This document shows positions 1 through 8,384 of a DNA stretch of 64,000 nt, one piece after another. Where the stretch lies: IMG/VR virus record IMGVR_UViG_3300010391_000110. One strand, written 5' to 3'. Below the pieces are notes generated by a model. That model saw only the letters and a list, made by a program, of their open reading frames with translations. It had not been told where the DNA came from and did not search any database. Made by a program: the position numbers and the translations under genes. Every line of letters begins with the position of its first letter. Position 1 is the stretch's first letter. This stretch comes from an uncultured virus (IMG/VR IMGVR_UViG_3300010391_000110) (lineage: Duplodnaviria > Heunggongvirae > Uroviricota > Caudoviricetes).

Positions 1-245
1 GCGGTGATCGAGGCGCCCGTGTCGACCAGGGCCTGGACCTCCTCAAGGACCCCGTCCGCGCCCTTGGCCGATGCGCTCGGGAGCCCGATCCGTATGGGAA
101 GGATCGGGCCGCGACGCTGCATCGACATTACGATCTCGCCGGCTTGGCCGAGCGTCAGACGGCGTGGCACAGGCGCGCCCGCCATGCGGATCGGCCGGCC
201 GAGGAGAAACGCCTGACCGAGCCAAGGGCTTTCGTTCAACCTCAT
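1..245 (-). CDS. Retropepsin-like aspartic protease with LGQ-type leader (runs off the window; not in ORF track)
   Basis: Manual translation from ATG 245: MRLNESPWLGQAFLLGRPIRMAGAPVPRRLTLGQAGEIVMSMQRRGPILPIRIG...EEVQALVDTGASIT. ALVDTGAS is the clan AA catalytic motif (DTG at 23..15). Confidence 0.85.
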   Translation of the reverse strand, partial: MRLNESPWLGQAFLLGRPIRMAGAPVPRRLTLGQAGEIVMSMQRRGPILPIRIGLPSASAKGADGVLEEVQALVDTGASIT

Positions 246-247
246 CG

Positions 248-475
248 TTAGATCGTCTCCACGGACTCTGTCTTGGTGACTTCCTTGATCAGGAAGGGCG
301 GCTTGAACCCCGCCACGGCGGCCGCGTTGTAGGCGGCGGCGTAGGTGTCGTACACCTCGACCAGTTCGCCGTTCCGGATGAGCACGAAGTGCCCCTCCAT
401 GTCCTTGGACAGCAGGTCCCCCTTGATCTGCCGGTAGAGGTCATCGTCCTTCGGATTCGCCTGCGGGTCGGCCAT
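248..475 (-). CDS. Small DUF5678-like protein
   Basis: ATG 475 after GGAGG; ...DMEGHFVLIRNGELVEVYDTYAAAYNAA...PPFLIKEV resembles the small proteins often encoded next to retropepsin-like proteases (recognised from memory). Confidence 0.6.
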   Translation of the reverse strand: MADPQANPKDDDLYRQIKGDLLSKDMEGHFVLIRNGELVEVYDTYAAAYNAAAVAGFKPPFLIKEVTKTESVETI

Positions 476-477
476 AG

Positions 478-930
478 CTACTTCCCTCCTGTCCGCAAAA
501 TGCCGAGGCCGAGCAGCGCCAGGCCCGTGACGGCCAGGACGCCGACGACCGTACCGACTGCCGTGACCGTCGGCGTCGCAAAGAATACCGCCTGCGGCTT
601 GATCGGGGCGCCGGGGTCCGGATCCACCACTTCGCCGGACTCCGGGTCGATCGCCAGGAACCGCGCTTTCCCGGGGAGCACCTCGGGTTCCGGTTCCGGC
701 GCGGGTTCCCCTTCGGGTTCGGGTGGCGCCTCGGGCACGACCGCCGGCGTCTCGAGCTCGTCGTCGGGAACGCACTTCTCCCACGGAAACTCCTGGAGGT
801 AGACCTTGGTCGTCCCGGGCCCGCAGTTGAGGTCCACCTGCCCCTCCTCGAGGCCGAGGCGGGGACCGAAGCCGGCAAGGATGACCGGCCTGCCGACGTA
901 TCCCAGACCGTGCCCGTACAGGTCGTGCAT
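478..930 (-). CDS. Membrane-anchored virion-type protein with leader (GLG...PRLG) and C-terminal TM helix
   Basis: 150-aa ORF; Pro/Glu-rich linker; hydrophobic C-terminus VGTVVGVLAVTGLALLGLGILR. Confidence 0.65.
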   Translation of the reverse strand: MHDLYGHGLGYVGRPVILAGFGPRLGLEEGQVDLNCGPGTTKVYLQEFPWEKCVPDDELETPAVVPEAPPEPEGEPAPEPEPEVLPGKARFLAIDPESGEVVDPDPGAPIKPQAVFFATPTVTAVGTVVGVLAVTGLALLGLGILRTGGK

Positions 931-973
931 GCTGAGGTCCTATCCTACTCGGCCAGGCGGACGGGGACAAGCG

Positions 974-1002
974 TTGCATCCATCGTCCACGTGGACTATA
1001 CT
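974..1002 (+). promoter_or_regulatory. Putative sigma70 promoter TTGCAT-N17-TATACT
   Basis: Near-consensus boxes upstream of the 1037..2352 operon; a divergent TTGTCC-N17-TAGGAT lies on the other strand. Confidence 0.55.
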
Positions 1003-1036
1003 CCCTCAACGGCCACGGCACAACAGTGGAGGCCTC

Positions 1037-1252
1037 ATGCTGCTGTCGGAACTGGTCAACGCGATCTACGCTGCCGGATACGACTTCAACACCGCCCAGG
1101 AGGTCCGGCGCTACCTGGTCGAGCGTGATCCGAAGATCGGAGAGGCCATCTTCAGCCAGCCCATGAGCACGGCTCAGGCAGACCCTCTTGTCCCGGACAA
1201 GATGGGCTTCCAGATCCTCGACAAGCTCGACATTCCGTTTGAGGGATCATGA
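1037..1252 (+). CDS. Hypothetical protein
   Basis: GGAGG then ATG 1037; ATGA overlap with the next gene. Confidence 0.6.
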   Translation: MLLSELVNAIYAAGYDFNTAQEVRRYLVERDPKIGEAIFSQPMSTAQADPLVPDKMGFQILDKLDIPFEGS

Positions 1253-2352
1253 GCAAAGGCGTCTACATCGGGGTCCTGGAAGGCGGCGAGCGGACAGCGC
1301 TTCTTAAAAAGGTCCGCGAGCTGCTCCCCCTCAGGCCGTCCGACAAGAGGAAGGCCGTCCTCGCCGCCATCGAGGAGATGGACCAGATCGGGTTCTTCCT
1401 GTCCCCCGACAATACCAAGCTCGGCGGGATCATGAACTTCTCGCTGCCGGCGGGGCAGTGGTTCCGCGACGCGACGTGCCCCGGTGCCACCGAACGGTGC
1501 GAAAAAGTCTGTTACGCGCTCAAGGGGTACATCCAGTGGCAGGAGTACATCTACTACGTCAACTGGGCCTACGTCCTCCTCTGGCCGGAGCGCTTCGCCT
1601 CGGCCTTCAAGCACGCCAAGCTCTCGCCGGTCTTCCGCGTGCATGTGGGCGGCGATTTTTTCGAGCCCTGGTATCTCGACCTCTGGATAGACATCGTCAA
1701 GGCGCGCGACGACGTCCGCTTCTTCGCCCACACGCGCAGCTGGCAGAACGGGGAGGGGCGGATCGCCAAGAGGTTCATCGACCGGCTCCGGACGTTTGCA
1801 GGCCTCCCGAACGCCCGCCTGATCCTGTCTCTCGACAAGGAGACGGGGATCCCGCCCGTGGATCTCGTGCCCGGCGCGATCCGCGCGTGGATGGCCGTCG
1901 ATGACAAAGATATGCCTCCGGAACCCGTCGAGCTCATCTTCCGGCACAAGAAGCAGAGCACGATGGCGCTTTATCCGCGAGATGCAACAAGCCAGGAGGA
2001 TGGCACGACGGTCTGCCCTTACGAGCGGCTTCAGGAGCGCGGGGGCGACGACGCCAAGAAACTCAAGGAAGATTCGATCACTTGCCAGAACTGCGCCTGG
2101 TGCTGGGGGGCGGGGCATCTGGCCTACGGCCGGCGTGAAGACGACCTTTCACGGTTCGACATGTGGGCGGGCGCAGATCTCACGCAGCGCGTGAGCGGGA
2201 TGTTCCGGCAGTTCGTCCCGTGGCGCCAGAAGAAGTCCCCGGAAATGAGCGGCCCTGGCCCTGGAGGCGGAGACGCCGACTGCGCCTGCGGCGCCATGGT
2301 CCCCTGCCTTGGGTGCGGCGCCTGCATCGGGTGTGCCTGCCGATGCCCGTAG
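1249..2352 (+). CDS. GP88-family (Cys-cluster) phage protein with Cys-rich tail
   Basis: NTKLG..NFSLPAG...TCPGATERCEKVCYA and FRVHVGGDF...FFAHTRSW motifs typical of phage GP88 proteins; C-terminal CACG..CLGCGACIGCACRC. Confidence 0.7.
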   Translation: MSKGVYIGVLEGGERTALLKKVRELLPLRPSDKRKAVLAAIEEMDQIGFFLSPDNTKLGGIMNFSLPAGQWFRDATCPGATERCEKVCYALKGYIQWQEYIYYVNWAYVLLWPERFASAFKHAKLSPVFRVHVGGDFFEPWYLDLWIDIVKARDDVRFFAHTRSWQNGEGRIAKRFIDRLRTFAGLPNARLILSLDKETGIPPVDLVPGAIRAWMAVDDKDMPPEPVELIFRHKKQSTMALYPRDATSQEDGTTVCPYERLQERGGDDAKKLKEDSITCQNCAWCWGAGHLAYGRREDDLSRFDMWAGADLTQRVSGMFRQFVPWRQKKSPEMSGPGPGGGDADCACGAMVPCLGCGACIGCACRCP

Positions 2353-2355
2353 GCG

Positions 2356-2616
2356 CTACACGTCGGCGTTCTTGATGCGCTCGGCGATCCACCAGCAGAC
2401 CTCGTTCTGGATCCCGGCTTTCCGGTTTCGCCGCAGCGCCTGGCTCTCGGCCTGGCTGAAGGTCAGGCGGCCGCGCACGACGGTCGGAGGTGCCTCGCCG
2501 TAGACGAGACGCCGGACCACGTAGCGGCCGTTCCGGGCCTCGAGCGGGACGAACGCGGACTTCCCGGACAATTCGACTTCCACGGTGTCGCCGTTACGCA
2601 CAGTTCGGCCCTCCAC
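2356..2616 (-). CDS. Hypothetical protein
   Basis: 86-aa ORF at the end of the leftward operon. Confidence 0.5.
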   Translation of the reverse strand: MEGRTVRNGDTVEVELSGKSAFVPLEARNGRYVVRRLVYGEAPPTVVRGRLTFSQAESQALRRNRKAGIQNEVCWWIAERIKNADV

Positions 2617-2634
2617 AATGCCGCCCGCCCTCGC

Positions 2635-3771
2635 TTACTTGGCCGACAGCAGCCTTGACAACTCACGCGTCTCCCTCTGAAACTTCAGAGGCGCGGACTC
2701 CTTCAGCGACCACACGTAGCGGTTCTTCACCCGCGCCGTAACGATACCGATCGCCTTCTTGAGGCTGGCGCTGCCCTCGATCTGGTGGATGGGTATGCCC
2801 TTCGCCTTGGCCTCGGCCTTGAGCTTGCGGGTCTCCACAGGGCCCGCCGCCAGGCGCTCCTTGAGGAACTTGATCCCGTCCTCCAGAGTGAGAAGCGTGG
2901 TCGTCCGCGTGGCGGCGCCCCTGGACTCCTCATCCCCGGGAAAGATCGGAAAGTCCTCCTTGCTGGGGCCGAACCTCCTCCAGGTGAGGGACTTGCAGGG
3001 GCGCTTTCCCACATGTGCGCCCCATGCCTTGACGCACAGGGCGATCAGCTCCTGGGTGGACGCCTTACCCTCCTTCAAGGACCGGATGAGAAACGTCCTG
3101 AGTGTCCGTGTGGAGGAATCCTGAGCATCCCTGTCGTCGCCTATGTCGCCCACCCGATTGAAGAACTGCTCGCACAGATCCTCGCTGTACCTCGAGAAGA
3201 CGTAGTGCATAAAACTCATGGCCGCCGACGGGATGGCCCGCAGGATGTGATTGCGGCGGGCCCGGTTGGCCCACTGCACGGAATCGAGGACGTGGGGATG
3301 CTGGCTGATCAGGACGAATTGAAGGCCATTGGTCCAGCCCGCCCGAATCGCGTGCCAGAGCAACTTCTTCTGCTCATAGAGGTAGAGCCACGAAAGGGCG
3401 CTGCTGAGAACGTTTACGTTGGTGTAGCCCATCATCGAGAGCACGTCCCCCCCGGATCTCGGCTTTCCGGTATCCAAGGTCGGAAACACATCTCGGTCGC
3501 CCCCACGGACCAGGAGGGTCCTGAAGGGCGTGTCGCTCACGACGCAAGCCCAGAGCCGGTGCTGGCCGTCCAGAAGCTGGTCGTTCTGGTCAAGGACGAT
3601 CGGCTGACCATTCAGCTTCCACTTGTCCTCCTTCATCGTGGCGGCATACTGCTCAACACGGCCCTGGGAGAGGTGTCGGTTCTTGGTCGGAGAATCCTTC
3701 TGCTGCTCCAAGATTTGGCTCGCCTCCTTGGGCGTCATGGTCACCACTTCCGCGGATACCTTTGCGGACAT
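2635..3771 (-). CDS. ParB-like (DGQHR) domain protein with C-terminal winged-helix-like domain
   Basis: NRHLSQGRVEQYA...NGQPIVLD...LLDGQHRLWA...DTGKPRS; SD AGGAG. Confidence 0.8.
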   Translation of the reverse strand: MSAKVSAEVVTMTPKEASQILEQQKDSPTKNRHLSQGRVEQYAATMKEDKWKLNGQPIVLDQNDQLLDGQHRLWACVVSDTPFRTLLVRGGDRDVFPTLDTGKPRSGGDVLSMMGYTNVNVLSSALSWLYLYEQKKLLWHAIRAGWTNGLQFVLISQHPHVLDSVQWANRARRNHILRAIPSAAMSFMHYVFSRYSEDLCEQFFNRVGDIGDDRDAQDSSTRTLRTFLIRSLKEGKASTQELIALCVKAWGAHVGKRPCKSLTWRRFGPSKEDFPIFPGDEESRGAATRTTTLLTLEDGIKFLKERLAAGPVETRKLKAEAKAKGIPIHQIEGSASLKKAIGIVTARVKNRYVWSLKESAPLKFQRETRELSRLLSAK

Positions 3772-3814
3772 GCCTATCTCCTAGAAAAAAAAGAAGTCTT
3801 CTGCCGACCCTGGT

Positions 3815-5599
3815 TCACGGTGCCTCCTGGAACATCCTGCGAATCCGATCCGAGGGCATGTCGATCAGGATGGATGCCTCGCGCTTTGTAAGGTCGTTGG
3901 CGAACTCCGCCGGGATGCCCCGCCTCACGAGCAGCGCGGACTGCTTGTCGCTGGCTGGCTGGCGGCCCCACTTGGCGCTCTTATCCAGCAGCGGCACCTT
4001 GTGGGGGCGGCACTTCGCAACCCAGCCCTCGAGGCGTCCGACCAGCTTCGCGAGGGATGCGTCCGTCCCCATGGGGTGGACCACGGTCTGCCCATCCTTG
4101 CGACGGAAGATCTTGGCCTCGTACTTCCCGAGTTCGTTGCAGAACACCTCCAGGCGCTCGGAGATCCCCCAGAGGTTCTCCTTGTCGAGGACGCCCATAC
4201 CCCGCACCTGCCGCTCCATGGGCAGCCGGTCAAACTGCTCCTGGGTCTCGTTGCGCCACGAGATGACGTAGCGCTCCTCGAGTTTGGAGGGTTGGGCCCA
4301 GAAGAGTTCGGAGGGGATGTTGGCTCCGATCAGCGAGTCGTGGATGATCTTCATGCGCCGGACCTTGGACCGCAGCGCCGCCCCGAGATCCGCCGGCCCC
4401 GTCAGGCCGTCCACGGAGACCCCCAGGGTGTCGACCGCCTCCTCGAGTTCCTCGGCGTCCTTGGACACGGACCTGCCTCCGATGTCCCAGGCGTCAGGCA
4501 GGCCGAAGATCCTGCCGATGGAGCAGATGTCGTGGCCGTGGCCCACGTGGTCGAAGAGGTGAAGGACCTGCTTCCCGGACACCTTGCGCGTGCCGCGGCC
4601 GATCATCTGGGTATAGAGGGCCTGGGATCGGGTCGGCCGAACGATGTGAATCTCGTTGATCTCCGGCAGGTCGAACCCCTCCGTGAAGACGCCCACGTTG
4701 ACTAGGGCGTCGATCTCGCCCGCCCGGAGGGCGTCGATGGCGGACGCGCGTTCCACGGACGGCGTATCGTCCACGACCACGTAGGCACGGGCGCCGGCGG
4801 TGACGAGCGCCGCGCGAACGGCATGGGCGTGAGCCTTCGTGATGCAGAAGAAGAGCGCCCTGGACCCCGAGAGCAGGGCGCGGTTCCCGGCCCAGATCCC
4901 GGCGACCTCCCTGTTGTGCTCGACGGTGTTGAACATCCGGTCGAGATCGGCCTCGACGAAGTCCCCGCCGCGGATCTTGACCTCCGACATATCGATGGCG
5001 CTCTGGATCCGGTTGGCGTGGATGTCGGCAAGCCAGCCGTCCTGGATCCCCTCCCGCAGGCCGTAGCGGAAGACTACGTCGTCAAAGATTTTGTCGTAGC
5101 CCAGTTTGTCGAGGCGATCCGGCGTGGCCGTGGTCCCGATGGCCAGGATGCTACGGTTGGGCGGGTTCTCCCCGTAGAGGCCGAAGTGGTTAAGGACGTT
5201 CAGGTAAGATGCCGACGGCGCGTGATGAACCTCGTCGACCCAGACGATCCCGGGCCAGTCCGGCCGAATCGTGCCAAGACGCTTTCCATCGGAGCGGCCC
5301 ACGGTCTGGACGCTGGCCAGCACGACCTGGTCGTCCGGAGCGGCCGCGAGGTCCGCCTTCTCGATCCCGATCTTGAGGGTCGGGCTCACCCCGAGGAACG
5401 TCCCGCGGGCCTGGGCCAGGAGCTCCTCGCGGTGCATGAGCCCGAAGAGCCTGGGATGCTTCTGGGCTGCGTGGAAAGCGGCCACGGACAGCGACTTGCC
5501 GAGCCCCGTCGCCATGACGACCAGCTGGCGCGTCACGCCGCGCGCCGCTGCGGCTGACATGGCCTCGATGCACTTGACCTGGTAGGGGCGCAGCTGCAT
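3815..5599 (-). CDS. Superfamily 2 DEAD/DEAH helicase (ResIII/IRC3-like)
   Basis: LRPYQ, ATGLGKS, DEVHH, TATP, TEGFDLP and QMIGRGTR motifs. Confidence 0.92.
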   Translation of the reverse strand: MQLRPYQVKCIEAMSAAAARGVTRQLVVMATGLGKSLSVAAFHAAQKHPRLFGLMHREELLAQARGTFLGVSPTLKIGIEKADLAAAPDDQVVLASVQTVGRSDGKRLGTIRPDWPGIVWVDEVHHAPSASYLNVLNHFGLYGENPPNRSILAIGTTATPDRLDKLGYDKIFDDVVFRYGLREGIQDGWLADIHANRIQSAIDMSEVKIRGGDFVEADLDRMFNTVEHNREVAGIWAGNRALLSGSRALFFCITKAHAHAVRAALVTAGARAYVVVDDTPSVERASAIDALRAGEIDALVNVGVFTEGFDLPEINEIHIVRPTRSQALYTQMIGRGTRKVSGKQVLHLFDHVGHGHDICSIGRIFGLPDAWDIGGRSVSKDAEELEEAVDTLGVSVDGLTGPADLGAALRSKVRRMKIIHDSLIGANIPSELFWAQPSKLEERYVISWRNETQEQFDRLPMERQVRGMGVLDKENLWGISERLEVFCNELGKYEAKIFRRKDGQTVVHPMGTDASLAKLVGRLEGWVAKCRPHKVPLLDKSAKWGRQPASDKQSALLVRRGIPAEFANDLTKREASILIDMPSDRIRRMFQEAP

Positions 5600-5601
5600 G
5601 G

Positions 5602-5718
5602 TCAGGTCTTCCTGATGAGGTTATTCAGGACCCTGACCGCGGAGGCTACGGCGCCGCGCCAGCGGATCAGGTCCCACTGGTCCATGTCACAGCTATCCGT
5701 GTACCCCGACCTGCTCAT
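5602..5718 (-). pseudogene. Short, possibly truncated copy of a conserved phage protein (MSRSGY...IRWRGAVASA)
   Basis: Good SD (GAAGGAG) and an N-terminus I recognise from longer phage proteins, but the ORF stops after 38 aa. Confidence 0.35.
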
Positions 5719-5773
5719 GGCTTCTCCTTCGGTCCTCTCGGTTTTCTTCGGACGTCCGACGCACGGGCGCCCG

Positions 5774-5804
5774 AAGAAAAGGGCCCTCCACACAGGAGGG
5801 CCCT
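5774..5804 (-). terminator. Rho-independent terminator
   Basis: Minus strand AGGGCCCTCC-TGTGT-GGAGGGCCCT followed by TTTCTT. Confidence 0.7.
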
Positions 5805-5828
5805 CAAGGAGGGGTCGTGGTCATTCGA

Positions 5829-6029
5829 TCAGGTTTTCGCGGGAGACGCCTTTCCAGGGACGATGCGCCCCAGCGACCGGAACCCCCAGGCGACGGCCTT
5901 CGGGAAGGCCATCCAGAGCCACGTGAGCACGAAGCTCGAGCCGGCCAAGCGCCACTCAAACTGACAGAGCAGCGCGCCCGACACCATGAAGCCGACGGCC
6001 GTGACGAGCATCCAGGCGAACGCGATCAC
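5829..6029 (-). CDS. Small two-TM membrane protein
   Basis: Hydrophobic 66-aa ORF, GTGA-coupled to the upstream gene. Confidence 0.55.
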   Translation of the reverse strand: MIAFAWMLVTAVGFMVSGALLCQFEWRLAGSSFVLTWLWMAFPKAVAWGFRSLGRIVPGKASPAKT

Positions 6030-6229
6030 AGCTTGATCTCCCGCATGGCCTTGGCGATGGCCTTCTTGGCGGCCTTGTAGATTTTTCGGGCCACTCCAGG
6101 TCCCTCCGGATCGTACTTGTCGCTCACGGGCCAGTAGGCCTGAACGCCTTCCCGGACGACATCGTGGAGACGCTGCTCGAGGTGTGTCTTGATCCTCTGG
6201 ACCCAGACTCTGCGCTCTTGAGCGGTCAT
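6026..6229 (-). CDS. Hypothetical protein
   Basis: Likely start ATG 6229 (MTAQERR...); coupled stops and starts. Confidence 0.5.
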   Translation of the reverse strand: MTAQERRVWVQRIKTHLEQRLHDVVREGVQAYWPVSDKYDPEGPGVARKIYKAAKKAIAKAMREIKL

Positions 6230-6405
6230 GCCGGCACCACGGAGGACTCGATCGGAATGAAACGACCTGGCGCTCTCCGCTTGCAACGCGCGCAGCGCCG
6301 GACCAGGCGGTAGCCGTCGCGACCGTCCACGGTGGCGGCCTGGCGGAACGACAGTTCTTCCCAGGCGTGGATTCTGCAGTTCAGGTGTCGATGTTGCTCC
6401 ATGGC

Positions 6406-7035
6406 TCATCCCTGCGCGGCCTCCACGGCCGGCACGGCAGGTGCCGCCGATTCGGCAGGCACGGAGGACACCGCCGGCTCGACGAGCGCGACCAGCTGGC
6501 GAATGAACGTCTTGGCGTCGGTCAGGGAGACCGCCTCCCGCCTGGCCGTGTAGGAGATCGTGTAGAACCCGGTCGAGGCGTCCCTCTGGATGGAGGTGCC
6601 GGTGGGGGCCGCGAGGCCTTCAAGCTCGGCGGTGACCGCCTGGTCGTTGGCCGCCCGGTCGGCCATGCGTTCCCGGTTGTAGGTCACGGCGCAGCGGACC
6701 TTGTCCATGATCTCGTCCACGTCGTAACTGCTGGTCTTGATGTCGCGCCGGATGTCCTCGTTCTTCCAGTCCCCGAGGGGATGAGGGGTCTTGTGAGGGT
6801 CCTCCCGGTTGATCCAGACGGCGGGATCCGCGTTCCCGGCGCCCTTGGTGAGAAAGACGCTCACGCGGCAGGGCAGCGTCCAGGTGTAGTGCGCCTTCTC
6901 GCCCGAGTCGCGCTTGATGTACTTCCCGTCGACGCGCCCGAACTCCTTCTCGAGACGCGGCGCCAGGGCGTCGAGGAGCATCTGGGCGCGGCGGTTGTAC
7001 GGCCCGTGAAGCGGGGGCTTGATGCGCTGGGTCAC
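6406..7035 (-). CDS. Hypothetical protein
   Basis: SD AAGGAGGT; natural-looking 209-aa ORF. Confidence 0.7.
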   Translation of the reverse strand: MTQRIKPPLHGPYNRRAQMLLDALAPRLEKEFGRVDGKYIKRDSGEKAHYTWTLPCRVSVFLTKGAGNADPAVWINREDPHKTPHPLGDWKNEDIRRDIKTSSYDVDEIMDKVRCAVTYNRERMADRAANDQAVTAELEGLAAPTGTSIQRDASTGFYTISYTARREAVSLTDAKTFIRQLVALVEPAVSSVPAESAAPAVPAVEAAQG

Positions 7036-7038
7036 CGA

Positions 7039-7284
7039 TCACCTCCTTATGGAACTTGAATCAGGAAACAGTTCGTTCAAGATCTCTTCGAGTTCGTCAG
7101 CGGCCTCGGCGCACTTGGACGGAGGGGACATGCCCCGAACCACCCCCAGATGCTTGTGGGCTACTTCCGGGAGCGCGAGCAGGACGCGCCGAAGGTTCCG
7201 CCAGGACACGGAGGTCCCGTCCGGCGCCGTGATGCCGTCCGGCCGGAACGTCATGTCTCCGGCCGCCCTGATTTCGTGTTCCAC
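7039..7284 (-). CDS. Hypothetical protein
   Basis: SD GGAGGT; in operon. Confidence 0.55.
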   Translation of the reverse strand: MEHEIRAAGDMTFRPDGITAPDGTSVSWRNLRRVLLALPEVAHKHLGVVRGMSPPSKCAEAADELEEILNELFPDSSSIRR

Positions 7285-7599
7285 CTAAGACCTCCCGGAT
7301 CCTTCGGGCGACTTGCCAAACACAAAAAGATCTATAGCCGCCTCCGCCTCCCTGCGTTCCCGCTCGATGTCGCCGGCAGGACGCCGCACACAGCACGTCC
7401 GACAATGGGGAGCCTGAAGGACACAGTCAGCCAGGCTGCCATGCTCGATCAAGGTCGCGATCTTGCGGCCACCCCAATGGGCGGCTTTCCGGCAGACGCA
7501 GCAGCGCACGACGCCGCCCTTGCCGATCCGACGCAGGTAGACCTTGTACGGGTCTTCAGGCTTCGGGCCGTTCTTGTGGGGAGGCGGATAGTTCATCAT
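7285..7599 (-). CDS. Zn-finger-like hypothetical protein
   Basis: CCVC...HCRTC; ATGA overlap with the upstream gene. Confidence 0.55.
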   Translation of the reverse strand: MMNYPPPHKNGPKPEDPYKVYLRRIGKGGVVRCCVCRKAAHWGGRKIATLIEHGSLADCVLQAPHCRTCCVRRPAGDIERERREAEAAIDLFVFGKSPEGSGRS

Positions 7600-8384
7600 G
7601 CCGCCTCCTGGTCGACCTGCTTGGGCGTAGGGAGCCCCGCCGGCAGTTCGCGCCGAAGGCGCCGGTCGAGCGCCCAGGCGTAGCGGTGATTGCCGCGGTG
7701 GCGCAGGGGGCGGCTGACGATCGGGAGCCAGCGCTTGAGCCAGGCGGCCGGCTCCGCGTCGAGCGTCCCGGCGCCGTAGGACTGGAGCTTTTCGACGGCG
7801 GGCCCCCAGCCGTCCTCCTGGGCGCGGATCTTCTGGATGGTCCGGTCGTTGAACACCGTCCCGTCAGGCAGAAGCCTGAGGGTCCGCGCGGTCGCGCGCC
7901 CCAGATAGGCAGCGTTGGCCGCCTGGTAGATCGTGCCGACGTGGCCTGGAAGCACCAGGCCGCCGGTCGTCGAGCGCCGCGGCATCGGATCGCTGAAGCT
8001 GACGACGCCCCGGATCCGCCCGCGAAGCCGGTCGAACGCGCGCGCCAGGAACCAAGTCTCGCCGTTGCCTGGAACCTCGTCGAGGAGGACGAAGCGCCCG
8101 AGCTCCGTCGCCTCCATGACCTCGCAGGAGGGGAAGACATTCGTGAGCGTGCGGTCGTTCGTGGGGTAGCTGAACATCGCCACGCCCACGAGGATCCCAT
8201 GCCTGTAGAGGCCGAACGAGAACCGGCCCGAAGGGACGCTCCCGGAGTAGTGGTGCCGCTTGATGAACTCGATCGCCACGGGGTCCTTCCCCTTCGGCAT
8301 CTCCGAGACCTCGTACTCGGACGTGCGGATCAGTTCGCCGGCGGGACGCCAGCGGGCCCGGCCTTCTTCCCAGCGCTGATTCAC
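7596..8384 (-). CDS. mom: Mom-like (phage Mu Mom family, GNAT fold) DNA adenine modification protein
   Basis: FIKRHHYSG, FGLY..G.LVGVAMF, ELGRFVLLDEVPGNGETWFLA, VVSFSDP and GHVGTIYQAAN motifs. Confidence 0.8.
   Translation of the reverse strand: MNQRWEEGRARWRPAGELIRTSEYEVSEMPKGKDPVAIEFIKRHHYSGSVPSGRFSFGLYRHGILVGVAMFSYPTNDRTLTNVFPSCEVMEATELGRFVLLDEVPGNGETWFLARAFDRLRGRIRGVVSFSDPMPRRSTTGGLVLPGHVGTIYQAANAAYLGRATARTLRLLPDGTVFNDRTIQKIRAQEDGWGPAVEKLQSYGAGTLDAEPAAWLKRWLPIVSRPLRHRGNHRYAWALDRRLRRELPAGLPTPKQVDQEAA

Noticed and set aside
2635..3771. Dnd phosphorothioation system suggested by the DGQHR motif
   Set aside because: No dndC/D/E-like genes are nearby; the protein fits stand-alone phage ParB-like proteins.
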